A DNA stretch of 32,000 nucleotides from an uncultured Opitutales bacterium (GTDB lineage: Bacteria > Verrucomicrobiota > Verrucomicrobiia > Opitutales > Intestinicryptomonadaceae). The stretch covers positions 1-32,000 of the forward strand of contig CAKUIA010000017.1 of the NCBI GenBank assembly GCA_934660865.1, read 5' to 3'. The notes beneath the pieces were generated by a model. It saw only the letters and a program-made list of their open reading frames with translations. It was not told the origin of the DNA and searched no databases. The position numbers and the translations under genes were made by a program. This document shows positions 1 through 8,721 of the stretch, piece by piece. The first letter of the stretch is position 1. Every line of letters starts with the position of its first letter.

Positions 1-1
1 T

Positions 2-244
2 GAATATAAGTTCGATTTAATTTCGTTTGAAAGCGATTCGAACATAGCAAGCCTAAAAGACCTAAAGCCCGACGAAAATCTATACCTAACAATTAAGGGC
101 GAAACATTTAACGGCTATTGGAGCTGCGAGATGAACGAAAACAAGTTCACAATTTTGGCAACGCAAGTTCCAGAACCTGCAACGATAGCTGCAATATTCG
201 GTGCGTTGGCGTTGGGGTTGGCAGTATATCGCCGCCGCAAATAA
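2..244 (+). CDS. C-terminal fragment of a PEP-CTERM-anchored secreted protein (5' end lies outside the window)
   Basis: Frame 2 is open from the window edge to TAA at 242-244. The translation ends ...FTILATQVPEPATIAAIFGALALGLAVYRRRK, which is a VPEP motif, a hydrophobic helix and a basic tail. The tail is paralogous to the C-terminus of the 19656..21587 protein. Confidence 0.8.
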   Translation, partial: EYKFDLISFESDSNIASLKDLKPDENLYLTIKGETFNGYWSCEMNENKFTILATQVPEPATIAAIFGALALGLAVYRRRK

Positions 245-272
245 AATTTAAAATGTTCAGAATATAAAGCAA

Positions 273-305
273 AGCCTTTTTAGAAACCCCTAAAAAGGCT
301 TTTTT
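273..305 (+). terminator. Rho-independent terminator after the PEP-CTERM gene
   Basis: Perfect 10-bp stem AGCCTTTTTA (273-282) / TAAAAAGGCT (291-300) with an 8-nt loop, followed by a T-run to 305. It starts 29 nt after the stop codon. Confidence 0.7.
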
Positions 306-384
306 GTTGGCAGCTTTGCTTTATCTTTTCGCTGTTTTGCAATTTCAGCTTAATAAAATAGCCTGCCAATTTTGCAACGCACAA

Positions 385-423
385 CAAAAAACGCGGCAAC
401 TTTTTCGGTTGCCGCGTTTTTTT
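385..423. terminator. Bidirectional rho-independent terminator (serves shc on the minus strand)
   Basis: Perfect 10-bp GC-rich stem ACGCGGCAAC (391-400) / GTTGCCGCGT (408-417) with a 7-nt loop, flanked by A6 on the left and T7 on the right. It lies about 35 nt downstream of the shc stop at 457. Confidence 0.8.
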
Positions 424-456
424 GATTTTTTTAGGGGGGATTTTTTAGGTTGGTTA

Positions 457-2487
457 TTATTCTTCCAACTTTTTGCCCGACCTAATTCTGCCTAATGCCA
501 TTAGGGGGAAGTAGTGTCTATACCAATTATAGTTTAGCATAAAGCCCCTTGCCAATTCTTTGCCCTGCGGCAGGGGCGCGCCGTTGCGCAAGTCTACCTT
601 TGCTCCCAATCCGTAGCCCGGAAAGCCCGTGCCCGTATAATACGGCTCGTTCCAGGTGCCGTCTTCGTTCATGGAATTTTCCAAAAACTTTACGCCTTTT
701 TTGATATATTCGTTGTAGCTTTTGTCGTTGGTGGAATTTAACGCCATTAAAGCCCACGCCGTTTGCGACGCCGTAGAGGGAATGCCTGTGCCCGAATATT
801 TTGGCTCCATATAAGATGCAATGCTTTCACCCCAGCCGCCGTCGGCATTTTGCTTCGAAATTAGCCAGGAAACCGCGCGTTTTATGTGCAGGCAGTCGGT
901 AGTGTCGCCAGCGGCCATAAGGGCCGGCAAAACCGCGCTTGTTCCGTAAACATAGTTTACGCCCCAACGCCCAAACCACGAGCCGTCGTCTTCCTGCTCG
1001 GAATATAAAAATTCAAGCGCCTTGGCAATAGCGGGGTGGTTGCGCGACAATCCGTAGGTAATCAAGGCCTCCACAACGTGGGCGGTAACGTCGGCACTTG
1101 GGGGGTCTAACACCTCGCCGAAGTCGCAAAACGGAATTTTTGTTACAAAGTTGCGCGTGTTGTTTTTGTCGAACGCAGCCCAGCCGCCGTTGTCGCACTG
1201 CATTGCCAAAATCCAGTCTACATCGCGGCGTATTGCCTCGTCTATGCTGCGGTAGCGTTCCGATTCTTTAGGCAAAAGCTTTTGTACTTTTTTTAGCGCA
1301 ATAAGGGCAATGGCGGCGTCGTCTATATCGGGGTAAAAATTGTTTGCCCTTTGAAATGCCCAGCCGCTTGGCTTTACAACTTTGCCCACTTTTTGCGCCC
1401 AGTCGCCGTAATATTTGTTTTCTTTTAAAAGCACGTAGTCTAGCGCCTTAACCAGTTCGGGGCAGCTTCCCAAAGTTTCGCCCGAATCTATAAGGGCCGT
1501 CATTGTAAGAAAGGTATCCCAAATGGGGCTTTCCGACGCCTGAAGCATAATCCCCATTCCCTTGTCTACGCGCCAGTGGTGGTTAAACGCGTCTATGGCG
1601 GTTTTCATATTCACCTGGTCTATGGGAAAGCCCTCTACATGCATTGCAATAATAGTGTATATCCACGGGGGCTGAATGCCGCCCCATGCGCCGTCTTCGT
1701 CTTGGTGCTGCAGCAGCCACTGCATTACAAGCTTAATTGCGCTTTCCCTAAAAGGCTTAACGGGCACGCGGTTGTAGGCATGTAGCATTCTATCCAGCTT
1801 CATAAAGAAATTTTCCCACGAAAATACCGAATCGTTTTTGCGGGGCAGGCGGTAGTCTACCGAGTCGCGGCCTTCGGGGTATAACTCGTTAAGTTGCAAG
1901 TTGTTGGGCAATTTCTTTATTGGGCGGCGAACCGTCAATATAGAAATGGGCATCATTGTAGCTCTTGCCCAGCAGGCAAAGTCGTAGATATTAAAGGGGC
2001 ACCACGGCGGCAAAAATACTATTTCGGGCGGCAACACGGGCGTATTTGCCCAGGGCCATTCGCCGAACAGGGCCAGCCAATATTTGGTAAACACCCTAAT
2101 ATGTTCTGTCCACTTATTTTCAAGCAGCCATTTTCTTGCCTTTTGCATAATTGCCTCGTCGGGGTCAAAACCGCAAATTCTTAATGCAAAATAACATTCA
2201 AGAGTCGTATTTATGTCGCCTTGCTCGGCGCCGTAATATATGTCCCACGAGCCGTCGGGGCGCTGCCTGTCTAAAATGTATCTAATAACTCCCTCTTTTT
2301 TGGGGTCGTTATAGCCTATAAAATACATCGCCAAAAGCCATTGGGCTTCCATACAGCAATTTGTTTCCAACGGGGCAACCCAAATGCCGTTTTTATCCTG
2401 CCTGGAAACTATCCATTTAGAGGCTTTGCGTATTGTTTCGTCTAAACTGTTGCTTTTTATTGCGCTATCGGGGGCTGAAATATTCAT
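457..2487 (-). CDS. shc: Squalene-hopene cyclase (class II triterpene cyclase)
   Basis: 676 aa. Repeated QW-type motifs are present (RQ..DGSW, LQHQDEDGAWGG, MQCDNGGWAAF, EQEDDGSWFGRWG, KQNADGGWGES). The catalytic DXDD motif is present as PDIDDAAIAL. Size and layout match bacterial SHC. Confidence 0.9.
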   Translation of the reverse strand: MNISAPDSAIKSNSLDETIRKASKWIVSRQDKNGIWVAPLETNCCMEAQWLLAMYFIGYNDPKKEGVIRYILDRQRPDGSWDIYYGAEQGDINTTLECYFALRICGFDPDEAIMQKARKWLLENKWTEHIRVFTKYWLALFGEWPWANTPVLPPEIVFLPPWCPFNIYDFACWARATMMPISILTVRRPIKKLPNNLQLNELYPEGRDSVDYRLPRKNDSVFSWENFFMKLDRMLHAYNRVPVKPFRESAIKLVMQWLLQHQDEDGAWGGIQPPWIYTIIAMHVEGFPIDQVNMKTAIDAFNHHWRVDKGMGIMLQASESPIWDTFLTMTALIDSGETLGSCPELVKALDYVLLKENKYYGDWAQKVGKVVKPSGWAFQRANNFYPDIDDAAIALIALKKVQKLLPKESERYRSIDEAIRRDVDWILAMQCDNGGWAAFDKNNTRNFVTKIPFCDFGEVLDPPSADVTAHVVEALITYGLSRNHPAIAKALEFLYSEQEDDGSWFGRWGVNYVYGTSAVLPALMAAGDTTDCLHIKRAVSWLISKQNADGGWGESIASYMEPKYSGTGIPSTASQTAWALMALNSTNDKSYNEYIKKGVKFLENSMNEDGTWNEPYYTGTGFPGYGLGAKVDLRNGAPLPQGKELARGFMLNYNWYRHYFPLMALGRIRSGKKLEE

Positions 2488-2622
2488 AAAATCAAAGTAT
2501 ATTTATAGTTTAAATTTCCCAAATTTTGGGCGATTTGTCAAACATCTATTGTATTGCTAGAAATGTCGTAAAAAACAAAAAAAGCTTGAGCAAAAATTTT
2601 TTACCTATTAACATAACAACGT

Positions 2623-3741
2623 ATGCAAAATATATTTATACCAAAAGAAGGCGACGAAAAAGAAGGCAGGGTTGCCCTTATTCCCGCCGACGCCGCCAAG
2701 CTTGTAAAAGCAGGCTGGAGTGTTTCGGTAGAATCGCAAGCGGGGGCGAAATCGGGCTTTGCCGATTCCGACTACGAATTGGCGGGGGCAAAGATTGCCG
2801 CAAAAGACGCCGAATTTAAGGCCGACTTTGTTGCAAGCGTGCGCAAACCGAACATACAAAACGTGCTTGGGCGCAAATCGGGGTCTTTCCATATAAGTTT
2901 TATGGACCCATTTAACGAAAAAGAGCTTATTGCAACTTTTGCAAAGGCAAATGTAAACGCGGCGTGTTTCGAGCTAATACCCCGCAGCACCATAGCCCAA
3001 AAGATGGACGCGCTAAGCTCGCAGTCGAATTTGGCGGGCTATATGTCGGTTTTGGTTGCTGCCGAAAAAATAAACAGGGTTGTTCCCATGATGATGACGC
3101 CCAGCGGAACTATAAACCCCGTAAAGTTTTTTATTGTGGGCGTGGGCGTTGCGGGGCTTCAGGCCATTGCCACGGCAAAAAGGCTTGGCGGCAGGGTAGA
3201 AGCTTTCGACACGCGCCCCGTTGTAGAAGAGCAGGTAAAAAGCCTTGGGGCAAAATTTGTAAAGATAGACTTGGGGCAAACGGGGCAAACCGCGCAAGGC
3301 TATGCCAAAGCCCTAACCGAAGAGCAGCTTGAAAAACAGCGAATCGGCATGGCGAAAGTTTGCTCGCAAGCCGACGTTATTATTACAACAGCAAAGCTTT
3401 TTGGGCGTAAAGCTCCGCAAATTATTAGCAAAGAAATAGTTGCAAAAATGAAGCCCGGCAGCGTTATTGTAGACCTAGCCGTTGAAGGCGGCGGCAATGT
3501 TGAAGGCTCTAAAGCCGACAAAGAAGTTTTAACCGAAAACGGCGTTTTAATTATAGGCAAAACGAATATAGAGTCGCTTGTAGCCCAAAGCGCAAGTCAA
3601 ATGTATAGCGCAAACTTGGTAAACTTTATAGAGCACTTTTCGACCCCCGAAAAGGGCTTTGTGTTGGATATGCAAAACGATATTTTAAAGTCGTGCGTAG
3701 TTGTATATAACGGGGCAATTACCGACGAACGTTTTAAGTAA
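2623..3741 (+). CDS. pntAA: NAD(P) transhydrogenase subunit alpha, part 1 (dI domain)
   Basis: 372 aa. It has an alanine-dehydrogenase/PNT-type N-terminus (IPKE..E.RVALIP) and a Rossmann motif VGVGVAGLQAIATAKRLGG. It is followed directly by the small membrane alpha-2 subunit and the beta subunit. Confidence 0.9.
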   Translation: MQNIFIPKEGDEKEGRVALIPADAAKLVKAGWSVSVESQAGAKSGFADSDYELAGAKIAAKDAEFKADFVASVRKPNIQNVLGRKSGSFHISFMDPFNEKELIATFAKANVNAACFELIPRSTIAQKMDALSSQSNLAGYMSVLVAAEKINRVVPMMMTPSGTINPVKFFIVGVGVAGLQAIATAKRLGGRVEAFDTRPVVEEQVKSLGAKFVKIDLGQTGQTAQGYAKALTEEQLEKQRIGMAKVCSQADVIITTAKLFGRKAPQIISKEIVAKMKPGSVIVDLAVEGGGNVEGSKADKEVLTENGVLIIGKTNIESLVAQSASQMYSANLVNFIEHFSTPEKGFVLDMQNDILKSCVVVYNGAITDERFK

Positions 3742-3749
3742 GGATTGTT

Positions 3750-4028
3750 ATGATGTTGTTATTGTTCATATTTACGCTTTCGGCGTTTTTGGGCTTCGAG
3801 CTTATAAGCAAAGTTCCAAGCCAGTTGCACACGCCCCTAATGAGCGGTTCCAACGCCATTAGCGGGATAACCATTGTCGGCGCAATGCTTGCCGTAGGCG
3901 GCACGCCAAACAGCCTGTGCGCAACAATTATAGGGCTTTTTGCCCTTGTTTTGGCAACAATCAATGTTGTCGGCGGCTACGTCGTTACCGACAGAATGCT
4001 TGCAATGTTCAAAAAGAAGGGAAAGTAG
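3750..4028 (+). CDS. pntAB: NAD(P) transhydrogenase subunit alpha, part 2 (membrane dII piece)
   Basis: 92 aa, hydrophobic with 3 TM segments. It carries the conserved HTPLMSGSNAISGI motif. An AAGGA Shine-Dalgarno sits 8 nt upstream, and the gene lies between pntAA and pntB. Confidence 0.9.
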   Translation: MMLLLFIFTLSAFLGFELISKVPSQLHTPLMSGSNAISGITIVGAMLAVGGTPNSLCATIIGLFALVLATINVVGGYVVTDRMLAMFKKKGK

Positions 4029-4031
4029 AAA

Positions 4032-5471
4032 ATGGATATAGCATATATAAATTTTGCCTACATCGTTTCTTCGGTACTCTTCATTTTGGGCATTAAAATG
4101 CTCGGCAAGCCCGAAAGCGCAAGGCGCGGCAATATTTTGTCGTCGGTAGGTATGCTTTTGGCGGTTGTTGTTACTCTTTTCGACAAAAAAATATTAAACG
4201 GCAACGATGCGCTTTCGTGGGCGCTGCTAATTGGCGGTTTGGCGTTCGGCACGCTTGTAGGGCTTGTTGTGGCCAAAAAGGTTAAAATGACTTCCATGCC
4301 CGAAATGGTGGCCCTGCTAAACGGCTTTGGCGGTTTGGCAAGCTTGCTTGTAGCTTTTGGCGAATATTACTACGATATGGTTTTGTCGCAGTCGCTTTTG
4401 GCCAAGGCCGAAATTGTTTCGCATATGCCCGACGCGTTTACGCGCTTTGCAATAGTAGCTTCCATTGTAATTGGCGGCATTACATTTACAGGTTCCGTAT
4501 ACGCCTGGGGCAAGCTTTCGGGCAAAATATCGGGCAGGGCAAAAGTGTTTAAGGGGCAAAAAACCGTTAACGCTTTGTTTGCAATAATAACGCTAATTGT
4601 TTGTGCATTTTTTGTGTATACGGCCAATTTCGGGCTTGGCTGGGGCGCAATGCTTGCGGTAAGCGCGCTTTCGCTAATATTGGGTTTTATATTTGTAATG
4701 CCCATAGGCGGAGGAGATATGCCCGTTGTAATTTCGCTTTTAAACAGCTTAAGCGGTTTGGCGGCGTGCGCTGCGGGTTTTGTAATTCAAAACAACGTGC
4801 TTATTGTTGCGGGCTGCCTAGTGGGGGCTAGCGGCGTAATACTTACCGTAATTATGTGCAAGGCAATGAACAGAACTTTGCACAATGTTTTGTTTTCGGG
4901 CTTTGGGGCTGCAAATTCGGCGGCACAGCAAAGCGTTGAAGGCGAAATGAAACCCATTTCGGTAGACGACGCCTACTATATTTTGGAAGCCGCGCAAAAT
5001 GTTATGATTATTCCCGGCTACGGAATGGCGGTTGCCCAGGCCCAGCACGCGGTAAAAGAGCTTGCAAATATTTTGGAAAACAACGGGGCCGAAGTGCACT
5101 ATGCAATACACCCCGTTGCGGGCAGAATGCCGGGGCATATGAATGTTTTGCTTGCCGAAGCCGACGTTGCCTACGAGCAGCTTTGCGATATGCAAACGGC
5201 AAACGCGCTTATGGACAATGTAGACGTTGCCATTGTTATAGGTGCCAACGACGTTGTAAACCCCGCCGCCGCCCAAGACAAAGGCAGCCCCATATACGGA
5301 ATGCCCATTATAGAAGCCTACAGGGCAAAAACCGTATTTTGCCTTAAAAGGGGGCAGGGCGCGGGCTTTTCGGGCCTGGTAAACAAACTGTTCTACGCGC
5401 CAAATACCAGAATGCTTTACGGCGACGCAAAGGCCACAATTACGGCCTTGTCGGCAAAGTTCAAAGAATAG
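4032..5471 (+). CDS. pntB: NAD(P) transhydrogenase subunit beta
   Basis: 479 aa. The N-terminal half is polytopic membrane. The C-terminal dIII NADP(H) domain carries motifs PGYGMAVAQAQH, AIHPVAGRMPGHMNVLLAEA and GANDVVNPAA. Confidence 0.92.
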   Translation: MDIAYINFAYIVSSVLFILGIKMLGKPESARRGNILSSVGMLLAVVVTLFDKKILNGNDALSWALLIGGLAFGTLVGLVVAKKVKMTSMPEMVALLNGFGGLASLLVAFGEYYYDMVLSQSLLAKAEIVSHMPDAFTRFAIVASIVIGGITFTGSVYAWGKLSGKISGRAKVFKGQKTVNALFAIITLIVCAFFVYTANFGLGWGAMLAVSALSLILGFIFVMPIGGGDMPVVISLLNSLSGLAACAAGFVIQNNVLIVAGCLVGASGVILTVIMCKAMNRTLHNVLFSGFGAANSAAQQSVEGEMKPISVDDAYYILEAAQNVMIIPGYGMAVAQAQHAVKELANILENNGAEVHYAIHPVAGRMPGHMNVLLAEADVAYEQLCDMQTANALMDNVDVAIVIGANDVVNPAAAQDKGSPIYGMPIIEAYRAKTVFCLKRGQGAGFSGLVNKLFYAPNTRMLYGDAKATITALSAKFKE

Positions 5472-5513
5472 GTTTTTTGGGGAAACACCCAAAAAAACGG
5501 TTTCAAAAAATTT

Positions 5514-5544
5514 ATGTGCCGCGTTTTTGCGGCGCATTTTTTTG
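5514..5544 (+). terminator. Rho-independent terminator after pntB
   Basis: 9-bp stem ATGTGCCGC / GCGGCGCAT (one G-U pair) with a 6-nt loop, followed by T7 (5538-5544). A weaker A/T-rich hairpin lies at 5473-5496 just upstream. Confidence 0.65.
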
Positions 5545-5616
5545 CGCTTAAAAAGTATGCAGTCCTGCAAAAAATTCGCTTGAGTATTTTTTCGCAAAAG
5601 TATTGCGTATGCAATT

Positions 5617-6243
5617 ATGACAAAGCAAGAAAGGGCAAAGATAGTTTTGGAGGAATTAAACAAAGCGTGCCCAAACCCGCAAATTCCGTTAGACAGATTC
5701 GACAATTTCTCGTTTTTGATTGCCGTTTTGCTTTCGGCGCAGTGCACCGACAAAAGGGTAAACCTTACAACGCCCGTTTTGTTTAAATTGGCAAATACCC
5801 CGCAAAAAATGGCAAAGTTGCCTATAGAAAAAATCGAAAACGCAATAAAAAGCTGCGGTTTATACAAAAACAAGGCAAAGAACATAAAAGAGCTAAGCCG
5901 TATTTTAACCGAAAAATACAACGGCATTGTTCCCGACAATTTTGCCGATTTGGAATCTCTGCCGGGAGTGGGGCATAAAACCGCAAGCGTGCTTATGTCG
6001 CAGGCGTTCGACAAACCCGCTTTCCCTGTAGACACCCACATTCACAGGCTTGCCGCACGCTGGAAACTAAGCAGCGGCAAAAGCGTAGAGCAAACCGAAG
6101 CCGACCTAAAAAAACTTTTTCCGCAAAAATACTGGCATAATTTGCACTTGCAGTTTATCTACTACGGCCGCAATTTTTGCAAGGCGCACACCTGCAAAAG
6201 CCCCGAAACACTATGCCCAATTTGCGCGCGTTTAAGGAAATAA
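5617..6243 (+). CDS. nth: Endonuclease III (HhH-GPD DNA glycosylase/AP lyase)
   Basis: 208 aa. Motifs include LLSAQCTD, a helix-hairpin-helix LPGVGHKTASV, the catalytic-region VDTHIHR, and a C-terminal Cys cluster. Confidence 0.88.
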   Translation: MTKQERAKIVLEELNKACPNPQIPLDRFDNFSFLIAVLLSAQCTDKRVNLTTPVLFKLANTPQKMAKLPIEKIENAIKSCGLYKNKAKNIKELSRILTEKYNGIVPDNFADLESLPGVGHKTASVLMSQAFDKPAFPVDTHIHRLAARWKLSSGKSVEQTEADLKKLFPQKYWHNLHLQFIYYGRNFCKAHTCKSPETLCPICARLRK

Positions 6244-6285
6244 GCCAAATAATTTTGCTTGGAATTTAGCTGAATTTTGCACGAC

Positions 6286-6313
6286 AAAAAAAGCCCCGAA
6301 ATCGGGGCTTTTT
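6286..6313. terminator. Bidirectional rho-independent terminator between convergent nth and the GH92-like gene
   Basis: Stem GCCCCG (6293-6298) / CGGGGC (6303-6308) with loop AAAT, flanked by A7 and T5. Confidence 0.75.
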
Positions 6314-6337
6314 GCTTTTTATGCACTTAAGCAAAGG

Positions 6338-8524
6338 CTATTTTAAAAAGTCGGGCAGCAAGTCTTTTGTTGCGGCTCTTTGCTTGTTGGGTTTGTCCGA
6401 CATAAAGAATTCTATTTTAGAGGCTTTCAATAAATCGCCGTGGCTTATCCAGGATTTATCGTAGGGCTTGCCGTCTATTTTCATTGAATCTACATACTTG
6501 TTTTTGTCGGAAACATTATGGGCAACAAATTTTATTTTTTTGCCGTCTTTTAGCTTAATTGTTGCCTTTGTGAAAAACGGCGTGCCGAAGTCGTATACGC
6601 TGTAGCCGATGTTTGTGGGGAAAAATCCCAACTGGCTAAATACCACAAAGGCGCTGGTTGCCCCGCCGTCTTCGTCGCCGGGCAAGCCCATAATGTCGTT
6701 CCTATACCAGGTGTTTATCAAATGGCGTATCATCTTTTGCGTTTTCCACGGCGCAAGGGCTTCGTTATACAAATAGGGGATTCGCATTGCGGGCTCGTTT
6801 GCCATAGAGTAGTTGCCCACTATGCCGGTATGGTCGGGGCCGAACCTTAAAAATGTAAGTTTGCCAACTTTAAGCAACCTGCCAAAAGCTTCGTCTAGGC
6901 ACTGTTCAAGGCCTTTGTTGCCTCCCATAAGCTCTATAAGGCCCTTCATATCGTGTTCGGTGTCGAACCTGTAAACGTAGGCGTTGTTTTCGGTATAGTA
7001 GTCCCTAAAGCCTTGGCCTCCGCTTGTAGAATAGTCTATGCCTTTAAGGAACTGCCCCTTGTCGTTTTTGGGGTGGAAAAACTTTGTTTTTTCGTTGAAA
7101 AGCTTGCGGTAGTTTTGCCCGCGGTCGAGAAGCTCTTTTGCCGATTTTTTGTCGCCCAAAATTTCGGCTATTTTGCCCAAACACCAGTCGTCGTAGCAGG
7201 TGGCGGTTGTAACGCTTACGCATTGGCGGCGCATGTGCTTGTTTACTTCGTCGAAAGTTTCCTCCTGCCCTTTGTCGAGGGCGGGAATATAGCCGTTTTT
7301 AAAATAGAATTTCGAGAGTTCGCCCGAATCTTTTATAGTGTCTGGCAAAAGCGATTTTGTGTATATTGTGTTTAGCGAAAGCTTTAAAAATTCCGCCAAA
7401 TCCAAACCTTTAATGCCCTTGTTGTAGGCGTCTAAATAGGAGGCGGCAATGTGGTTGCCGTTCATATACTGGTTGTCGCCGTCTATTGTGGGGAATTTGG
7501 GCACCCAGTGTTTGGGGTTTGTTTTTGCCATATACAAAATCGAGTCTAGGCACTGCTTTTCAAATTCGGGGTCCAGCAGAATTTTCAGGGGGTGGCTGGT
7601 TCTGTAGGTATCCCACGACCAGTCGTCTATGTAAAAATATTTGCCATTGAAGGAATTTTCAACCTTGCCCGAATATACGCTGTAGAACCTGCCGTATTCG
7701 TCGTAGTTTACCATTCTTTCCATAGTGCGCCAAAGCGACGTGTAAAATACCGCGGTTTGGTTTTCGTCGTACGATTCAAACTCTATTTGCCCCAGGGCTT
7801 CGTTCCAAATTTTGCGGCCTTTTTCGGCTACTAGTTTTACGTCGAAACTTGTTATTTCCCTCGCCAAATTTTCCTTTGCCTGCTCAAAACTTATAAAAGA
7901 TACGCCGAAACGCGCTGCAAGCTCGCCCGTGTTTTTGTCGAAAACGGCGGTAATCGAGTTTTTGTCTTTTTGCACGGCAGCGGGCTTTTTGCTAAACTGC
8001 ATTGCAATGTAAACTTTTGTGTTGTTTCTAAGCCTGTGCGAGAGGCCGAAAAACCCGTCTTCGTCCAAAAATTGGTCTACGGCCGAGCTGTTTATGCGCA
8101 GCTTTGGCGACTTGTTCGAATCTAAAAACTTAAAGTTGTAAATTGCGCTTCGTTTGGAAACGGCAAAGTCGGCAAAAATGTTGTCGTCTTCAAGCAATGC
8201 CGAATACGAATAGGGCGTGTAGGTTTCGTTGTCTACAAGGTAAAATTCCTTGGGGGTTTCGCTTGTATAGGCAACAAACTTCAAATTCGGGTGAAATCTG
8301 TGCGTGTGTATAAAAAAGGGCAACGACGAAATCGAAACGCCGCCCGCGTCGAAATTGCCCGCAATGCAGCGCATCATCGAATGCGGCAGTTGTATTGTTT
8401 GGCGCGCGGGCACAAGCAGGTGGCTTACGCCGCCCATTTGCGTGTTAACGTAGTCTACGGGGTCTTTTGCAAAAAGCGCAAGTGCCGCAGCGAATATGGA
8501 AATTATGGATATATACTTTTTCAT
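6338..8524 (-). CDS. Secreted glycoside hydrolase, GH92-like (putative alpha-mannosidase)
   Basis: 728 aa with an N-terminal signal peptide MKKYISIISIFAAALALFA. The block GLPGDEDGGATSAFVVFSQLGFFP resembles the GH92 hallmark (G-[ND]-[ED]-D-x-G-x-x-SAW-[YV]-VFSALGFYP). The YYTENNAYVYRF block and overall size also fit GH92. Confidence 0.65.
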   Translation of the reverse strand: MKKYISIISIFAAALALFAKDPVDYVNTQMGGVSHLLVPARQTIQLPHSMMRCIAGNFDAGGVSISSLPFFIHTHRFHPNLKFVAYTSETPKEFYLVDNETYTPYSYSALLEDDNIFADFAVSKRSAIYNFKFLDSNKSPKLRINSSAVDQFLDEDGFFGLSHRLRNNTKVYIAMQFSKKPAAVQKDKNSITAVFDKNTGELAARFGVSFISFEQAKENLAREITSFDVKLVAEKGRKIWNEALGQIEFESYDENQTAVFYTSLWRTMERMVNYDEYGRFYSVYSGKVENSFNGKYFYIDDWSWDTYRTSHPLKILLDPEFEKQCLDSILYMAKTNPKHWVPKFPTIDGDNQYMNGNHIAASYLDAYNKGIKGLDLAEFLKLSLNTIYTKSLLPDTIKDSGELSKFYFKNGYIPALDKGQEETFDEVNKHMRRQCVSVTTATCYDDWCLGKIAEILGDKKSAKELLDRGQNYRKLFNEKTKFFHPKNDKGQFLKGIDYSTSGGQGFRDYYTENNAYVYRFDTEHDMKGLIELMGGNKGLEQCLDEAFGRLLKVGKLTFLRFGPDHTGIVGNYSMANEPAMRIPYLYNEALAPWKTQKMIRHLINTWYRNDIMGLPGDEDGGATSAFVVFSQLGFFPTNIGYSVYDFGTPFFTKATIKLKDGKKIKFVAHNVSDKNKYVDSMKIDGKPYDKSWISHGDLLKASKIEFFMSDKPNKQRAATKDLLPDFLK

Positions 8525-8721
8525 TGAAGCGAAGTTTATTAAAAAAATAGGCCATTAAAAGCCAATAATTGCATTTTTTTGCAAACGACTACAAATTTGC
8601 CGCAAAAACGGCAAAACAAACTACAATTTTGTAGAAAATTTCGTTTTCTCTAAAAGCGCGGGGCAAATACATATTAAAATATTGAGTTTTCAAAAAACAG
8701 CGCAGATAGTTTCAGCCAATT

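Noticed and set aside
304-495. 63-aa TTG-initiated ORF in the convergent spacer between the PEP-CTERM gene and shc
   Set aside because: It reads straight through both terminator hairpins and overlaps the shc 3' end. It has a non-ATG start and no supporting features.
4818-6041. 407-aa minus-strand ORF antisense to the pntB 3' end, the pntB-nth spacer and the nth 5' half
   Set aside because: It overlaps two well-supported plus-strand genes and runs through their terminator hairpin. Its translation is low-information (C/F/G/N/V-rich) with no recognisable motif. It looks like a by-product of codon bias on the opposite strand.
8525-8721. Lysine (L-box) riboswitch upstream of ddh
   Set aside because: The length would be compatible, about 198 nt. 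However, I could not find the conserved L-box core sequences or the multi-helix junction pattern. Only two short palindromes are present.
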